Counted from the stretch's first letter, positions 12,067 through 24,399 are shown. The stretch is 64,000 nucleotides of DNA from Negaprion brevirostris (GCA_030324005.1 JARDVH010000031.1:8393786-8457785), one strand, 5' to 3'. A program made the numbers and translations. Notes: generated from the sequence alone by a model not told the origin.

Positions 12067-12269
12067 CATATCACTAAAATAAGTCTGTTCACAAAACAAA
12101 AGAGGCAGCTGAATGTAAGAACTTCACAGCATTGCATTCTTAATGGTCTAGATAGTGAGTGTTTTTTACATTGTAATTGCTTTAACAAGAAGTAAGTGCA
12201 CACTTCAGAACCTGTGTCTAAAGATGCGAGTCTATTCAGCTGGTCTTTTTTTTTGTATCTGTCTTTCAG

Positions 12270-12337
12270 GGTCTGAAACACAGGAGCAAGAGGAGGAAGA
12301 CATGGATGACTGGGTCTGGGTGGTATCCATTCCTCCA
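12270..12337 (+). CDS. Internal coding exon B ((R)SETQEQEEEDMDDWVWVVSIPP)
   Basis: Acceptor TTTTTTTTTGTATCTGTCTTTCAG| and donor CCA|GTGAGT; 68 nt, phase 1 in and phase 0 out, compatible with exons A and C. Confidence 0.8.
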
Positions 12338-12744
12338 GTGAGTCACTCAGAGATACTCAGAGTTTCCAATCACACACATAGATCACACCCATCTTAACCA
12401 ACGGGTCACAGTTTAATTGAATACTTTATGTACTGACATTTTGATGGCTATAGTTGTACTGTGTCAGCCACCATGAATGACCAAGGGAAGTATACTTTGT
12501 TTTAGCGCACATAAAATCATGACCATTTCTGCTGACAATTGTAGCTGCCAAGTGGGGACAAAGTAATAAGCTTGTGATAAATGATTTTGTTTTTGCAGAC
12601 CTTTTTTTTCCATTGAAAAGCATCCACTCACGTCAACATCTTTATTCATCATAGTTTTTGACTCAGAATTCATTTTGTTGAAATAATACCATTGGAATTT
12701 CTATATCCAACTCATATGTCTTCTAGTGCTTTTTTCTCCTTCAT

Positions 12745-13746
12745 GGGGGCAATTATCCCATCCTGCTGCGCTGCTTTCTTAGCACAGCAGGCCGTGAGAT
12801 TCAAGTGGAGGCCATTTTGAGGGCACCCTGCTGGGCATCACAGCCTCCACATGTTTCTCAGCACCGGATTTCCGGCGCCATCAGCTATGTGCCAGAAATC
12901 AGCACAGAGCTGCATAAATTATGCTGATCACGATTAGCATCCCATTAGTGATCCTGGGACCAAAATCTCCGGGCCCACTAGCCCCTTACAACCTCCTCCA
13001 GGTGTGGTTTACTCCAGTGAGGATTACGGTAGCTCACCATCTGCAGAGAGTTGGTGGCCTGACTCTGTTGGAGTAAAGGGGGGACAATAGAGGCCCCCCA
13101 GAGGGTCGGGTGCCAGGAGGGGTGCCTCCTGGGCATTGCCACCTTGGCAGTGCCACCTGGAATTGCCCAAGGAGCAAAGTGCCAATGCCCAGGAGGTATC
13201 TTGGTACTGCCCATCCAGCATGGGGCAGTGCTTAGGGGTTGAAGCCTTGGGGGGTAATTGGTGGGAGTGCGGGGTCCCGCAGTCGGGATCGATGAAGGAG
13301 GGAGGCCCGTGATCAAGGCTAGCCATCAGGCTGGTGGGGAGGGCAGCCTCCTGAGGGGGCGTTAAGGCTGTAGGGGAGTAGGTCGAAACTGCCAGTGGGC
13401 GGTGGAGGGGGGTGCAAGCAGGAGATCAGGGGTCATGTGTTTTCAACCCCGAACACCCTTCCAACCCTACCGATCCCTAATGCAGAGTGGACAGTGGGTC
13501 CCCCACCAATTGGCGCTTCTCCCTCTAACCAGGTGTGCCAAGTTGGCACTGCCCAAGGGGCAGTCCCCTGCCTTCAATGGCTCAGGGGGGTCCTCAGTAG
13601 TCTCTGTCTCCACCAGCCGGCTGATCTGGTGGTGGTGGTGGTGGTGGGCATTAGTGAGCCTGGAAGCTACCGTCCGCGGCTCACTAATGATATGGAAATT
13701 CATATTTCCATTTTGTAATCAGCCTCGTGCTGATTTCTAGCGCAAA
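12745..13746. mobile_element. GC-rich non-autonomous Harbinger-type element (related to 9323-9585 and 16255-16960)
   Basis: GGGGGCAATTATCCC terminus; internal TTGGCACTGCCC/GGCAGTGCCA and ACTCCA.TGGAGT motifs shared among the copies. Confidence 0.55.
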
Positions 13747-14678
13747 GCATAATGATTGGCATGTGAGTCTTTACAGCTCATCAATTCTTAAAGGTACAGA
13801 CAATGTGAGTGGAAAGAACTTTAAGCACAGGTTAAAGAGATGTGTATTGTCTCCAGACAGGACAGTTAGTGAGATTTTGCAAGTCCAGGCAATTTGTGGG
13901 GATTACAGATAGTGTGGCATGAACCCAAGATTGGCCGAGTTGCAAGAGGGTTGCAACTCAGCCAGTGTTGTCTACCTGATACGCTGCAGGAAAGGATGTC
14001 CTGAGGCTTGGTACACTGGGGAGACCATGCAGGTGCTACGACAACGGATGAATGAACACTGCTCGACAATCACCAGGCAAGACTGTTCCCTTCCTGTTGG
14101 GGAACATTTCAGCGGTCACGGGCATTCGGCCTCTGACCTTCAGGTAAGTGTTCTCCAAGGCGGCCTTCAGGATACACGACAGCGCAGAGTCGCTGAGCAG
14201 AAACTGATAGCCAAGTTCCGCACACATGAGAACGGCCTCAACCAGGATCTAGGGTTCATGTCACACTATCTGTAACCCCCACAACTTGCCTGGACTTGNN
14301 NNNNNNNNNNNNNNNNNNNNNNNNNNNNNNNNNNNNNNNNNNNNNNNNNNNNNNNNNNNNNNNNAAATCTCACTAACTGTCCTGTCTGGAGACAATACAC
14401 ATCTCTTTAACCTGTGCTTAAAGCTCTTTCCACTCACATTGTTTGTACCTTTAAGAATTGATTAGCTGTAAAGACTCACATTCCAATCACTATGCATGTA
14501 AATTGAGTTTGTGTCTTTGTGTCGTTTTGACTATCAGAACTCCCAGCCACCTAACGAAGGGACAGGCTGTCCCGAAAGCTTGCGGCTTTTGCTACAAATA
14601 AACCTGTTTGGACTTTAAACTGGTGCTGTGGGATTTCTTTCTGTTTTACCCCAGTCCAATGCCAGCATCTCCACATCA
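13747..14678 (+). mobile_element. 5'-truncated Penelope-like retroelement with GIY-YIG endonuclease frame and inverted 5' copy of its terminus
   Basis: ORF 13919-14275: CNSASVVYLIRCRKGCPEAWYTGETMQVLRQRMNEH…HF…H…RRVAEQKLIAKFRTHENGLN, a Penelope-type GIY-YIG. 13747-13931 is the reverse complement of 14247-14495. Confidence 0.92.
14545..14587 (+). ncRNA. Minimal type-I hammerhead ribozyme-like motif in the Penelope terminus (core mutated)
   Basis: AGCCAC-CTAACGA-A-GGGACA(GGC)TGTCCC-GAAA-GCT-T-GCGGCT: stem I, CUGANGA box with one G>A change, perfect 6-bp stem II, GAAA, palindromic AAGCTT stem III. Confidence 0.7.
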
Positions 14679-15289
14679 TGAAGCCCAAGGATCCAGAGGA
14701 GCATTTCTGTTATTCCTGTCCCTACAAGGATTTTTAAAAAAATTAAAACTAGCTCTTTTTTGGACTAACCCTTGTCTTGATCTCTTCCGTGCTGTCTTCA
14801 TCTGACAGGAAATTCATTGCAACTGCCCATGGATTGCAGACTTAAAATAGCAGTCAGGGCCAGATGATATCATCAAGACTTCACATGCATTAAAAAAAAC
14901 TTCAACCCAACAGCTGATTTTGGATAGGTGCCACTGACTGTTGAGCAAGTTTAAAATGGGGAATCATTTTCTAGTGTCTCCAGGTCATTTAAGTAACCAT
15001 GGTGATTTAATTGCCCACCTGCTCAATTTCTGTCAGGTGGATTAGAGAATTATGGATGTAATAAGTTCATCTAGAGAGAAGGGAAGATGAATTAGCAAAA
15101 GCACAGACTGAAGATGGCATTTTTGAAACTGAATGCATTGTATGACTTAGACAACTTTAGATGATTCAAGGGGTATTGTCAGACTGGGGAGTTTTTATGC
15201 TTTGACCTGTTCTGAATATTCTTTCAGGCTTATACTATGCAGTCCAAAGCTCCACAACACACATACTGAATTTTACTTTAAGTAACCCC

Positions 15290-15485
15290 TATTATAAGAT
15301 AGAGACCAAAGTGAAGTATTTAAGGTGATTAAAGGATTTGATAGAATAAATGGAGAGAAATGATTTCCCTTGCTGGGAGAGTCCAGAACAAAGGGAACAA
15401 AACCAGCACAGATCTTCAGTATCAATGTCATGAAACATTTTTTCATGCAAAGGGCAGTGGAAATCTGGAACCCTCTTCTTCAAAA
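15290..15485 (+). mobile_element. CR1 3' fragment
   Basis: AAGGATTTGATAGAATAAATGGAGAGAAATGATTTCC…GGCAGTGGAAATCTGGAACCC (GFDR…F…VEIWN motif). Confidence 0.6.
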
Positions 15486-16059
15486 ATCTGGAACTGTCTT
15501 CTTCACTTAATCCACCTCCACCTCCTTTCCTGACACTTTCAATCACACCTCATCTTCTCAATCAAAGCCTAATCCTGAAACTCATTCAGGAATCGATCCC
15601 CAGGTGAATCTCAACCCTGATTCTCTGGGTCCACTAGCCTCTCCTCCTGACAGATCGGCTCATGCACAGTTGCCCACTCAGTGCGCTGATTTCAGCCTCT
15701 CCCGTGGGAATAGGCCGCGGGGTTTTTAATGATATCCATGCTGGTGGCCTCTGAACAGGGTTTGGGAGATTCTTCTCTGAACTCCCACTGAAAAAACCAG
15801 AGTGGTTATTCCAGTTTTCTCACGAATTCAACACTCACAACTGTTTTGGGAGAATGTGTGTGTGACATTGCCAATCTTCAAAATCTCTTCCACTGATTGA
15901 GTGAGGGTAACTGTGAGGGATGGATATGAGATGGTAGTAGGACAAGTGTGCATGTGAATATTGGCTTGGAGAGAGAGGTAAGAGTGTTTAGAATTGCAAG
16001 ATGTGGTTTCCAGATGATTACCGTGCAGGAGAAGTCAGAGAGTGATAGATGCCTCTGAA

Positions 16060-16250
16060 AATGGCATCACTCACTTTTCCTAGCTGAATGATATCATTAG
16101 ACCTCTTATAACATTGTGTCCAGATGCTGGGACTCCATTCTTTCTGCTCACAGCCTCCATGCCAGCCACATCGATTATCTTGGGTGGTTGGTCTCTTTCA
16201 TGTGCCCTGAGGAAACTGCATCTCTTCTGACCTTCCTGGCAGGGTCCATT
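16060..16250 (-). mobile_element. Harbinger Myb/SANT-like gene remnant
   Basis: - strand …SIWTQCYKRSNDIIQLGK|GTGAGT matches the 'W.QCRKRFNDL..GK' end of the domain followed by a donor site. Confidence 0.6.
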
Positions 16251-16254
16251 CTGC

Positions 16255-16960
16255 ATTCAGGGAACTAGTGGGAGACTCCACTGGAGTGAAGAGGCAGCAA
16301 TCGGGGCCGTCTAGGGGATCCGGCATGGGGGTGGTTCCCCCTGGACATCGGGAATCCTGGATGTGCCAGCCTGTGCCCCCGGCACTATCAAAGAAGTAAA
16401 GGGCCCATTTGTAGGGGCACTTTGGCACTGCCCACTGGGCATCAGGGCAAGTGGGAGGTGGGTCTGCCAACTCGGTGGGGAGGGGTCTGCCTACCGGGAG
16501 TGTCTGCCTGCGGGGATGGAGGGTATGAGGAGGTCTGCCAGGTGGGAGGGATCATTGCTGCTGGAAGAGGGGTGGCTGGAGACCTGCGTGCTCCGGGATG
16601 AGATTGGGGTGGGGGGGTGGTGTCAGAACTGGCTTGGGAATTATTGTGGGGGCCAAGATTGGGCCGTAGATGGGACTGTAGTGACTGCATTGCCAGGTTC
16701 CCAAGCTGGCTAGCGATCGAGCTGGCCAGCAAACGGGAGACTTACACATCGGGGCCATTGCGCATGCACAGAGTTCCGGAACTATCAGACTTTCAATAGG
16801 CCTCAGCCCCTGAGCTTTTAGTGATATTCACAATTGTGACTTCTGCATTGCACAAAGTGTGGGAGATTGGAGTCTGAACTCCCACTGAAAGAAGAATTGT
16901 GATTTACACCAGTTTTCCTGCCAATTCAGCACTTAGAATTTTTTTGGGAAAATTGGGCCC
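16255..16960. mobile_element. Non-autonomous Harbinger-type element, one end (partial second copy at ~15570-15856)
   Basis: Ends …TTTTTGGGAAAATTGGGCCC; TCTGAACTCCCACTGAAA…CCAGTTTTC…AATTCA.CACT is shared with 15776-15835. Confidence 0.55.
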
Positions 16961-18497
16961 AAAGTTTCCAGTAATAATTCTGATTCCTGCTAAGGTCCCT
17001 TCAAATAGAAATGTGGACCATCCTCGTGCTCACACTCTGTGATTGCTTGGGAAACCCAAAAGCAGAATTCTAATAGCAGACTTAGAGAGCCATGACAAAA
17101 TCCACCAACAAACAAAAGGTTTGCTGACTCAATACCAGCCCAGCCCTGCATGCAAGTGTGGTATGGTAAACTTCTGCTCTGGAACACGCAGTTTTGGGAG
17201 TCTTTACTCCCATCCAACATTTCCTTTGTGTAAGGTAGATGGAGTCAGACATGACTCAGAACTAGTTGAGATGCAATCTAATCGGACTCTGATTATTTTC
17301 CTGGAAGTAGAAACATCTATACCTGGAAAAACAGCCACATTACACTTGACCCACATTGTGGACTTTCCCATGGAATACACCATAGGCCTGATTTCTGATC
17401 CCCAATCCATGTGCGGATGATGTGAGGAATTTTGTGGAGGCCACAGGGGTCTTGCCTACTGGCTGAAGAGCCATGGAGAAACCGACGGCGCGTCCTCCTG
17501 CTAAAGCCCACCATATTAAGAGTCAATCGAGCAGTTGAGAGGTCACCAGTGGGTCTTCCAAGGACCAGGATGCTGGAGATGAGAAGTCCCAGTTTGTAAG
17601 AGCTGCTAGTCAATCAGAGGCCAGCAGCTCTTGTGCTCATTGTGAGCCATGGGGGAGGTGATGGCTACTGCAGGAAACACACCCACCAAAGACCAAGATT
17701 CACAGAGGAACCCAGGTGAGAGGTAAACGATGGTGGGGTTCTTTCATGCTCTGGGGATCATAGGGATTTGGCTGACAGTGGCCCTCCCAACCCTTCAATC
17801 AGGCACTGAGTTTGCATGCAATGTTGTCCACATGCTGACATGACCTGCTGTTAAGTTAATACAAGCAGTGGCAGGAAGAGGCCCTTATTTAGGCATTAAT
17901 TGCCCAATGAAGGGTCTCAATTAACAGCATGTGGGGCATTTGATGTGAAGTGGAAAAGTGGTGGAGTCCCCACCGGCTGCCATCCCAAACAAGTTAACGA
18001 CCTACCCTGCCTTCAAACTCACCGGGAGCAGAGCATAAAATACCCCTTCCAATAAATAGCATTAGTGCTGATTTCTGATTAAAAAATGATAGCACAAATG
18101 TTTGACTGTGGGTTCAGCTAATCTCCCACAAGAGTAACAGGTAGGCAGAGCAAGAGATAGTTCTGCCTATGATATTACTTCAAATCAAAGAATTGAAATT
18201 ATAATGAATTTTATAGATGTTGTTCAACATCTGGTAGAATGAAATATTACTACTTGCTTTACTTACCTTCATGAGAATTGACCATTGTGGTGGCTTTGTG
18301 GATAGGACAACCAAAAGATGTGGATGGGCGTACAAGGGGATCAGAGGAAACAAGTAGAAACACAATTGCAAATCTTTAGGAAAATCTAAATAATGAAGGT
18401 TCTTGATTTAGGATAATTTAATGCCTCTCCTGCTATATAATATTAAATGATATTCTGTTCCTTACAATATGATTTTACTTGATGTCTTTGATTCTAG

Positions 18498-18608
18498 TTG
18501 AAATCAGCCACTTCCACAGCTCAAAGGCTTTCTCCAATAATTTCTGCTGAAGAGTTGGAGGAAGTACAGAAGAAGAAGGATGAAATGGAATATCGTATGA
18601 ACACTGTG
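18498..18608 (+). CDS. Internal coding exon C (LKSATSTAQRLSPIISAEELEEVQKKKDEMEYRMNTV)
   Basis: Acceptor TTGATGTCTTTGATTCTAG| and donor GTG|GTAAGG; 111 nt, only one frame open, phase 0/0. An in-frame alternative acceptor CTTCCACAG| at 18519 is possible. Confidence 0.8.
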
Positions 18609-18849
18609 GTAAGGATTCTTCATCCCCTATTCAATGAAGCAAATTTTCCTCTCTTTGCCTGGTTTTGGATCAATTGAGTAAAAGTCAGTGGGGAACCATT
18701 CTGCTATATCCCCTGTTATCTCATCCCAGTTCTGTAATTCCCTTTCTGAAGTGTACTCAAGTATAGTTTGTTCACTCATCATCAAATCCACATGTGGAGA
18801 ATACATGATTCTGCATAATTTAATGGGTTGCCTTGTCTAATGCAGTTTT

Positions 18850-19200
18850 GACACAACCTGGAACTCACTCTGCCAACAGATAGTTGAGGTTGCAGGCCAT
18901 TTAAAGTTTTCAAGATTGTTAGGCAAGAGATATGGCCCAAAAATGGCGAAATGAAGTTCAGGTGCAAATCAGTCATGATCCATTTGAATGATGGAACAGG
19001 CTAAAGGGGCTGAATGGCCTTCTCCTGTCTCTATGTTGTAAGCCCATTACAGCATGATTGATTGCACCAAAGATTGCAGGAAAGTAAAGTTTAAAAAGCT
19101 GTGTGTGGGACTAGATCGGACAGTTCTTTACAAGAGCAAGCACAAGCATTCAGGCCAAATGAATTCCTTCTGTGCTCTAACATTCTATGATTCTATGGAT
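18850..19200 (+). mobile_element. Two CR1 3'-end fragments
   Basis: GGCTAAAGGGGCTGAATGGCCTTCTCCTGTCTCTATGTT and GGCCAAATGAATTCCTTCTGTGCTCTAACATTCTATGATTCTATG tails. Confidence 0.7.
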
Positions 19201-19274
19201 TGTAACTTTTTTTTTTGCTTTTAATTTAGTGAGCCGATTACCATATCTGTTGTAAATATATATTAATAATGTGT

Positions 19275-19620
19275 CAGATTCGGTCATTGAGCTGGAATTA
19301 GAAGTTCAAGGTTCACTTTGGGACATTAGCATTTTGTTTGCATTGGCACTTCAGCGCAATACACAGAGACTGTTGCATTATGGTAGCTATTGTAGCTTCT
19401 CCAGATGAGAAGTTAAACCAAAATCTTGTGCTAAGATCCTATGTCACTAATTGAAGGACAGGAAGGTCTCCTGGTGCCCTGGCCTACATTTAACCATCAA
19501 CCAGAGTCCCCTAAACTGTTGATTTATCCTGCTTGGGGCATTGTCTCGGGCATTAAAGTATGCGTTTGTTAATCTGCATAACTTACAAACTAACTCACCA
19601 GCTATGAAGTACATTGATAA
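19275..19620 (+). mobile_element. Old Deu-domain-like SINE
   Basis: GCACTTCAGCGCAATAC…TCCAGATGAGAAGTTAAACC…CTCCTGGTGCCCTGGCC resembles the DeuSINE core; reverse-oriented relative at 24400-24615. Confidence 0.5.
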
Positions 19621-19825
19621 TGTTTATAATGTATATATTCTCACATTGCTGTCGTATTGTTTGCTTCATAAACTGATAGTTAAAGATCTAAAATGAGATT
19701 GGTTTTGTGATTTTTCTACCTAATGGAAGAAGGCACAAAATAGACCCAATGACTAAAGTAATTAACAGGAATGTACCTGTCTTCTCCTCATATAGAAAAC
19801 CTCTGTAGCACACTGGAGATAAAGT

Positions 19826-20096
19826 TGATTTGTTAGTCACAAGTAAGGCTTACATTAACATTGCAATGAAGTTACTGTGAATTCCCCTAGTCGCCACAGT
19901 CCAGCATCTGTTCAGGTCAATGCACCTAACCAGCATGTCTTTCAGAATGTGGGAGGAAACTGGAGCACCGGAGGAAACCCACTCAGCCATGGGGAGAACA
20001 TGCAAATGCCACAGACAGTGACCCAAGACGGGAATCAAACCTGGGTCCCAGGTGCTGTGAAGCAGCAGTGCTAACCACTGTACTACCGTGCTGCCC
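19826..20096 (-). mobile_element. tRNA-derived V-SINE/HE1-like SINE with …GTGACTAACAAAT tail
   Basis: Head GGGCAGCACGGTAGTACAGTGGTTAGCACTGCTGCTTCACAGC…GGTTTGATTCCC (A/B boxes); core TTTGCATGTTCTCCCC…GGGTTTCCTCCGGTGCTCC. Confidence 0.9.
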
Positions 20097-20229
20097 ATGT
20101 TAAGAGCGTTAACGATGTACAGTAAATGGCCACTGGAAGTATTAAGAGCAGACAGATCATAATATACATTAGTATGCAAAGCTGACTTGATGCCAACTAT
20201 GTTACTTAGAGTTCAAGACTCCAGCCCCA

Positions 20230-22700
20230 TGTTATCAAGGGTGTTCAGGGTGTAATTCTCCTACCTGAACTTCAGTGAGGAACAATATGTGAGACTTCTA
20301 CCCTTTAGAAATAATGACCTCATGAAATCTATCACCTGCTGCACTTACAAAATCAGTGCATGACGACATTGCCAGTGGCTGTGAAGGGGACTATGACCAC
20401 AAACCTTTATGTGCTAACTCAGCATCCAGCTACTCTATGACCAAAGACAGAAAATCTTGGAGGTCAATGCCGAATATTCTGGAGATAGTCACCATGCATT
20501 CATTCTGGCGCAGTCTGCTATGCCATTTGAATTTGAGTAACCACAGCAAACCAAATGGGACCTTACCACTGATGATATGATAATTCCAATGTATACTTCA
20601 CACCACATGCAGAGCCATGAAATCCTTGCTACTATGCTTTGGTCAACGGGAGGAGACCTGAAGAACAGATATCAATATTCAGGACGGTCTCCTTTATGCT
20701 GTGTATTATGGTTGGACAGTTCCTACCCCTCGCTATACAGTGGGTAGTTCAGGAACAGATGCATGAGGAGGAGGAAGGGGAAAAGAAAAGGAGGAGGAGG
20801 AAGAATGGAGAAGGCAACCTGGACCATACTTTTCTGGCCTAATTCCCCATTTACCAAAAGTCCCTGAACGTATTAGACCTTCTTTATTCTCTGTTACAGA
20901 TTGTGTCTATTGGTCACAATGCTAAAATAAAAGCCACTATGAAATAAATATTCTAAACAAAAATTTTCAATAAAATTATGCTGTGTTGCATACAGAAATG
21001 AACTCATCATCCTTGTGTAATCCATAAATGTCTTGTCCTCCAAGTGCCTTTGCTTGGATTGGTGCTCCCTCATGGTGCTATCCCATTGGCTGCAGCATGG
21101 TCAGTGAAGGCTGCTGACTTTCAGTGAAAGAGACTGGGAATGGTCTTGGAGGACAACCTTGAGCAGTTATAGGTCTTAGAAAACTTGCCCCAGGATTACA
21201 CAATCCCGTCATGGGAAAATCAAGCTGTGATGGCTGGCTGATGAGCAAGAGTAGGGGCACCGGAGGAATGATAGGGTAGGAAAATGTTGTCTTCCCAATA
21301 AAGGAAAACTGGTTTATGCAACTGTCATTCCCCTGGGGAAGAACCTCAGTAATCCAAATGATCCATTGGAGGATAAATTACTGGACTGAAAGCCTTGTTT
21401 TACACTATAACCCACAGCTATGATGCACAACAGCAGTCTGTGCTTCCAATACATTATGAAGTGTGAGGTGCCTGCTTGTGTTGCAATGGTACCTGGTACA
21501 TTGTCCATTGTGCTGCACCATGGTTGAGTCCATGTGCGCGAGCTGATCATCACTACCACACTGGAAACAATGGACTCCAAACTCTGCAAAAGTCCTGTGT
21601 CAAGTTGGTTTTGTTCTTCTCCATGCTCCTTGAAATTGAATGTATGTTTTTTAAAGGGATTTGGGGGTCATGGACCAGGCTTTCCAATACATAAAATTTT
21701 GTTGTGCATACTTACCAATGTGCTTCTGTATGAAGCCATACCAGTATTCTCAACTGAGTCCTCTACAACAGAATTCATTTGTGGCCTCTGAACAAGCTCC
21801 TTTGGAATGAGAACTTAATTGACAATGAATAGTTCCCTGTTCACTCCCTTTTTGCTGACTTTTTGAAAATTGCAAACCATCTCGGAGGCAAAGAGATCCA
21901 GTATCACCCTTTGGGAAAATAATTTTCAAATCACACGTGCATCAATTCCCACCGCCACCAATCCAGGCCTTGACATTCACTTGCTCCCATGTTGTGCGAT
22001 CATTCAACATTTTCCAGGTTAGAGTCACTTCCTGCATGACTGCCAACACCTGTTTCAGCTGCAATCAACTGCCCCTTTTAGTGGTGCAGGCTAGTTTAAA
22101 TAGTAGTCCCCTGTTGGCTGATACATCCAGTCAATCAATAGCACTGAGTGGATGAATTTTTCAGTGATGATATTAAAGCCTCTGAATTCCTCACCACAGA
22201 GAAGTAGAAGGTTAATTAACNNNNNNNNNNNNNNNNNNNNNNNNNNNNNNNNNNNNNNNNNNNNNNNNNNNNNNNNNNNNNNNNNNNNNNNNNNNNNNNN
22301 NNNNNNNNNNNNNNNNNNNNTCCGGAAGAAACCCATGCAGACTCAGGGAGAATGTGCAAACTCCACACAGACAGTGATTCAAGCCAGGAATTGAACCCGG
22401 GTGTGTGGCACTGTGAAGCAGCAGTGCCAACCACAATGCTGCTGTGCTGCCCTTATTCTATATTCAATACCTCACCTTTTCAAGCCTGAAAGGATCCCAG
22501 TGCAAAGCATTTCAGGGCTATGGTCACCTTCACAACCTTCACAGCATCATCCTTGCCCTGCTGTAAAGCTACAGGTCTGGTTCCAAGAGATGACAGAAAT
22601 CTGTAATGCTTTCTCCTGCTGAGAGCCTTCTTCCATTCCACCTCTTAATTACTGCCTCATGCTCCATCTCCCTCTCGTGCTGCAGCTAAAGGGAGGCTGC
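20230..22700. mobile_element. Decayed two-gene PIF/Harbinger element: transposase remnant on + (~20250-20850), Myb-like gene remnants on - (~20950-22700)
   Basis: + strand SYLNFSEEQYVRLLPFR resembles the HARBI1-type N-terminus, later an acidic EEEEGE tract; - strand MQSLESIVSSV… resembles the Myb-protein tail at 35671-36222. Confidence 0.55.
22200..22452 (-). mobile_element. V-SINE/HE1-like SINE (gap inside)
   Basis: GGGCAGCACAGCAGCATTGTGGTTGGCACTGCTGCTTCACAG…GGGTTCAATTCC…GTGTGGAGTTTGCACATTCTCCC. Confidence 0.85.
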
Positions 22701-23727
22701 TACTAAAGCTTCAAGATTGGGAACAAGTGGTATGCCCCCGTACCCTTGCAGCAACAATTTCTTCACATGCTGCATCAATCCCTGCAGACTTCACCAACTG
22801 GAAGCAATTCCTCAAATCAACCAACACTTCACAAACATATAGAGAGCCAATTGAGAGTAATCAGAAACTAACACGCATGCTGTTTATTATCCCTCTAAAA
22901 CTTTGCTGTTTGTAGCTGAACACATGTTTAGGTGTATGTATTTAACAGAGACTGTTAAGTCGAGTGACAGTGTTGAAAATGGCAGTGTTGACATCAAATC
23001 TTTAATACAGGCTGACTGGTGTCACAATCTGCCTACTCTACATACTTACGGTGTACATTTCTAACATCCTGAACTCAAAGATAGCATTTGGTTGCTACAG
23101 AAGTGAGAGTAAACAACATGGTTGTCATTTTGATTCCAAAATAACACCCATAACTTCGAAGCTATGGGTGCTACAAAGCTGAGTTTTGTGGCCTACATTT
23201 TTTTGTGGTGATTTCTGTGTCGGGTGATCTTATTCCGGATAATGTAACACCTCGCAAAACGTAGATCAGAAGATCCCTGTTGGCCAGAAAACTGAACGCA
23301 AAGGCTTCAAGGATTTCACAACTATGTATTTAGTGAACATGTGTAATCTCACAAATGGTATTTCATTTTAAGTTATTGAAAAGAATTATAGCATCAAAGA
23401 CTTTTGGTTGACATTCTAAACTGATATGCAGTGGGCCAAGGGGTAATGGGATATTTCAAAAAGTTATTATAAATCTGCCATATTGTTGCAGTGGGTATGA
23501 GCCTGCATAGTGTGATACTAAACAGCTCAGAATATATCACATTGAATTTCAGACTGTGTGAAAAAGAAAAAAATGAAAGATTTGCATTGATATAGCACCT
23601 TCATCAATTTTGGGTCATTCCAAAGCACTTTACAATCAATGCAATTCTTTTGGAATATATAATCAACATAGGAAATATAATAGCTAATTTGATCACAGCT
23701 TGATCCCACAAACAGTAGTGTGATAAA

Positions 23728-24320
23728 ATCATAGAATGGTTACAGCACAATAAGAGGCTATTTGGCCCATTATGTCTTTGTTCTTTGTAGAGTAGCTCAT
23801 TCCAAATCCTCATCATTTGATGCATAAAAAATCTTTTCCTTCATCTTTTCTCGCCAATCACCTTAAATTGGCATCCTCTGGTTCTCGACCCTTTTGCCAA
23901 TGGATACAATTTCTTTCCATCTAATCTGTTGAGGCCAAACCAATGTTATCATAAATTCTTTGCTTTTATACTCTATGCATCTTTATAAAGTCCAAGATCC
24001 CATATGCCTTCTTAAAGCACTTTCTCAACCTGTCCTGCCACCTTCAACAATTTCTGCACAGACAATCCCAGATCTCTCTGTACCTGCATCACCTTTAGAC
24101 CTTTTATTTTATACTTCCTCTCTTATATTTCCATNNNNNNNNNNNNNNNNNNNNNNNNNNNNNNNNNNNNNNNNNNNNNNNNNNNNNNNNNNNNNNNNNN
24201 NNNNNNNNNNNNNNNNNNNNNNNNNNNNNNNNNNTTCCATTCTACCAAAGTGTATTACTCCACATTTCCCTGCATCAAATTTCATCTGCCATGCGCCCAC
24301 CCATTCTGTCAATCTATGTC
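23728..24320 (-). mobile_element. CR1 3' fragment with internal deletions
   Basis: EWVGAWQMKFDAGKCGVIHFGR is the CR1 RT motif WQMxFNxxKCxVxHFG; tail AATCATAGAATGGTTACAGCAC on +. Confidence 0.85.
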
Positions 24321-24399
24321 CTCTTGTGGTCTATTCTTCCAAGTTTTACGTCTTGAAACTGAATATAATCTTTTTTTTAGTGATTCAAGAATGAATAAT

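Noticed and set aside
12978-13740. Cluster of overlapping GC-rich ORFs including a poly-His frame
   Set aside because: Lies in a GC-rich non-autonomous transposon; the His run is a (GGT)n microsatellite.
23266-23356. Possible extra + strand exon (IRRSLLARKLNAKASRISQL or DQKIPVGQKTERKG…)
   Set aside because: Acceptor CGCAAAACGTAG has no polypyrimidine tract, donors are weak, and the first reading creates a stop when joined to exon D.
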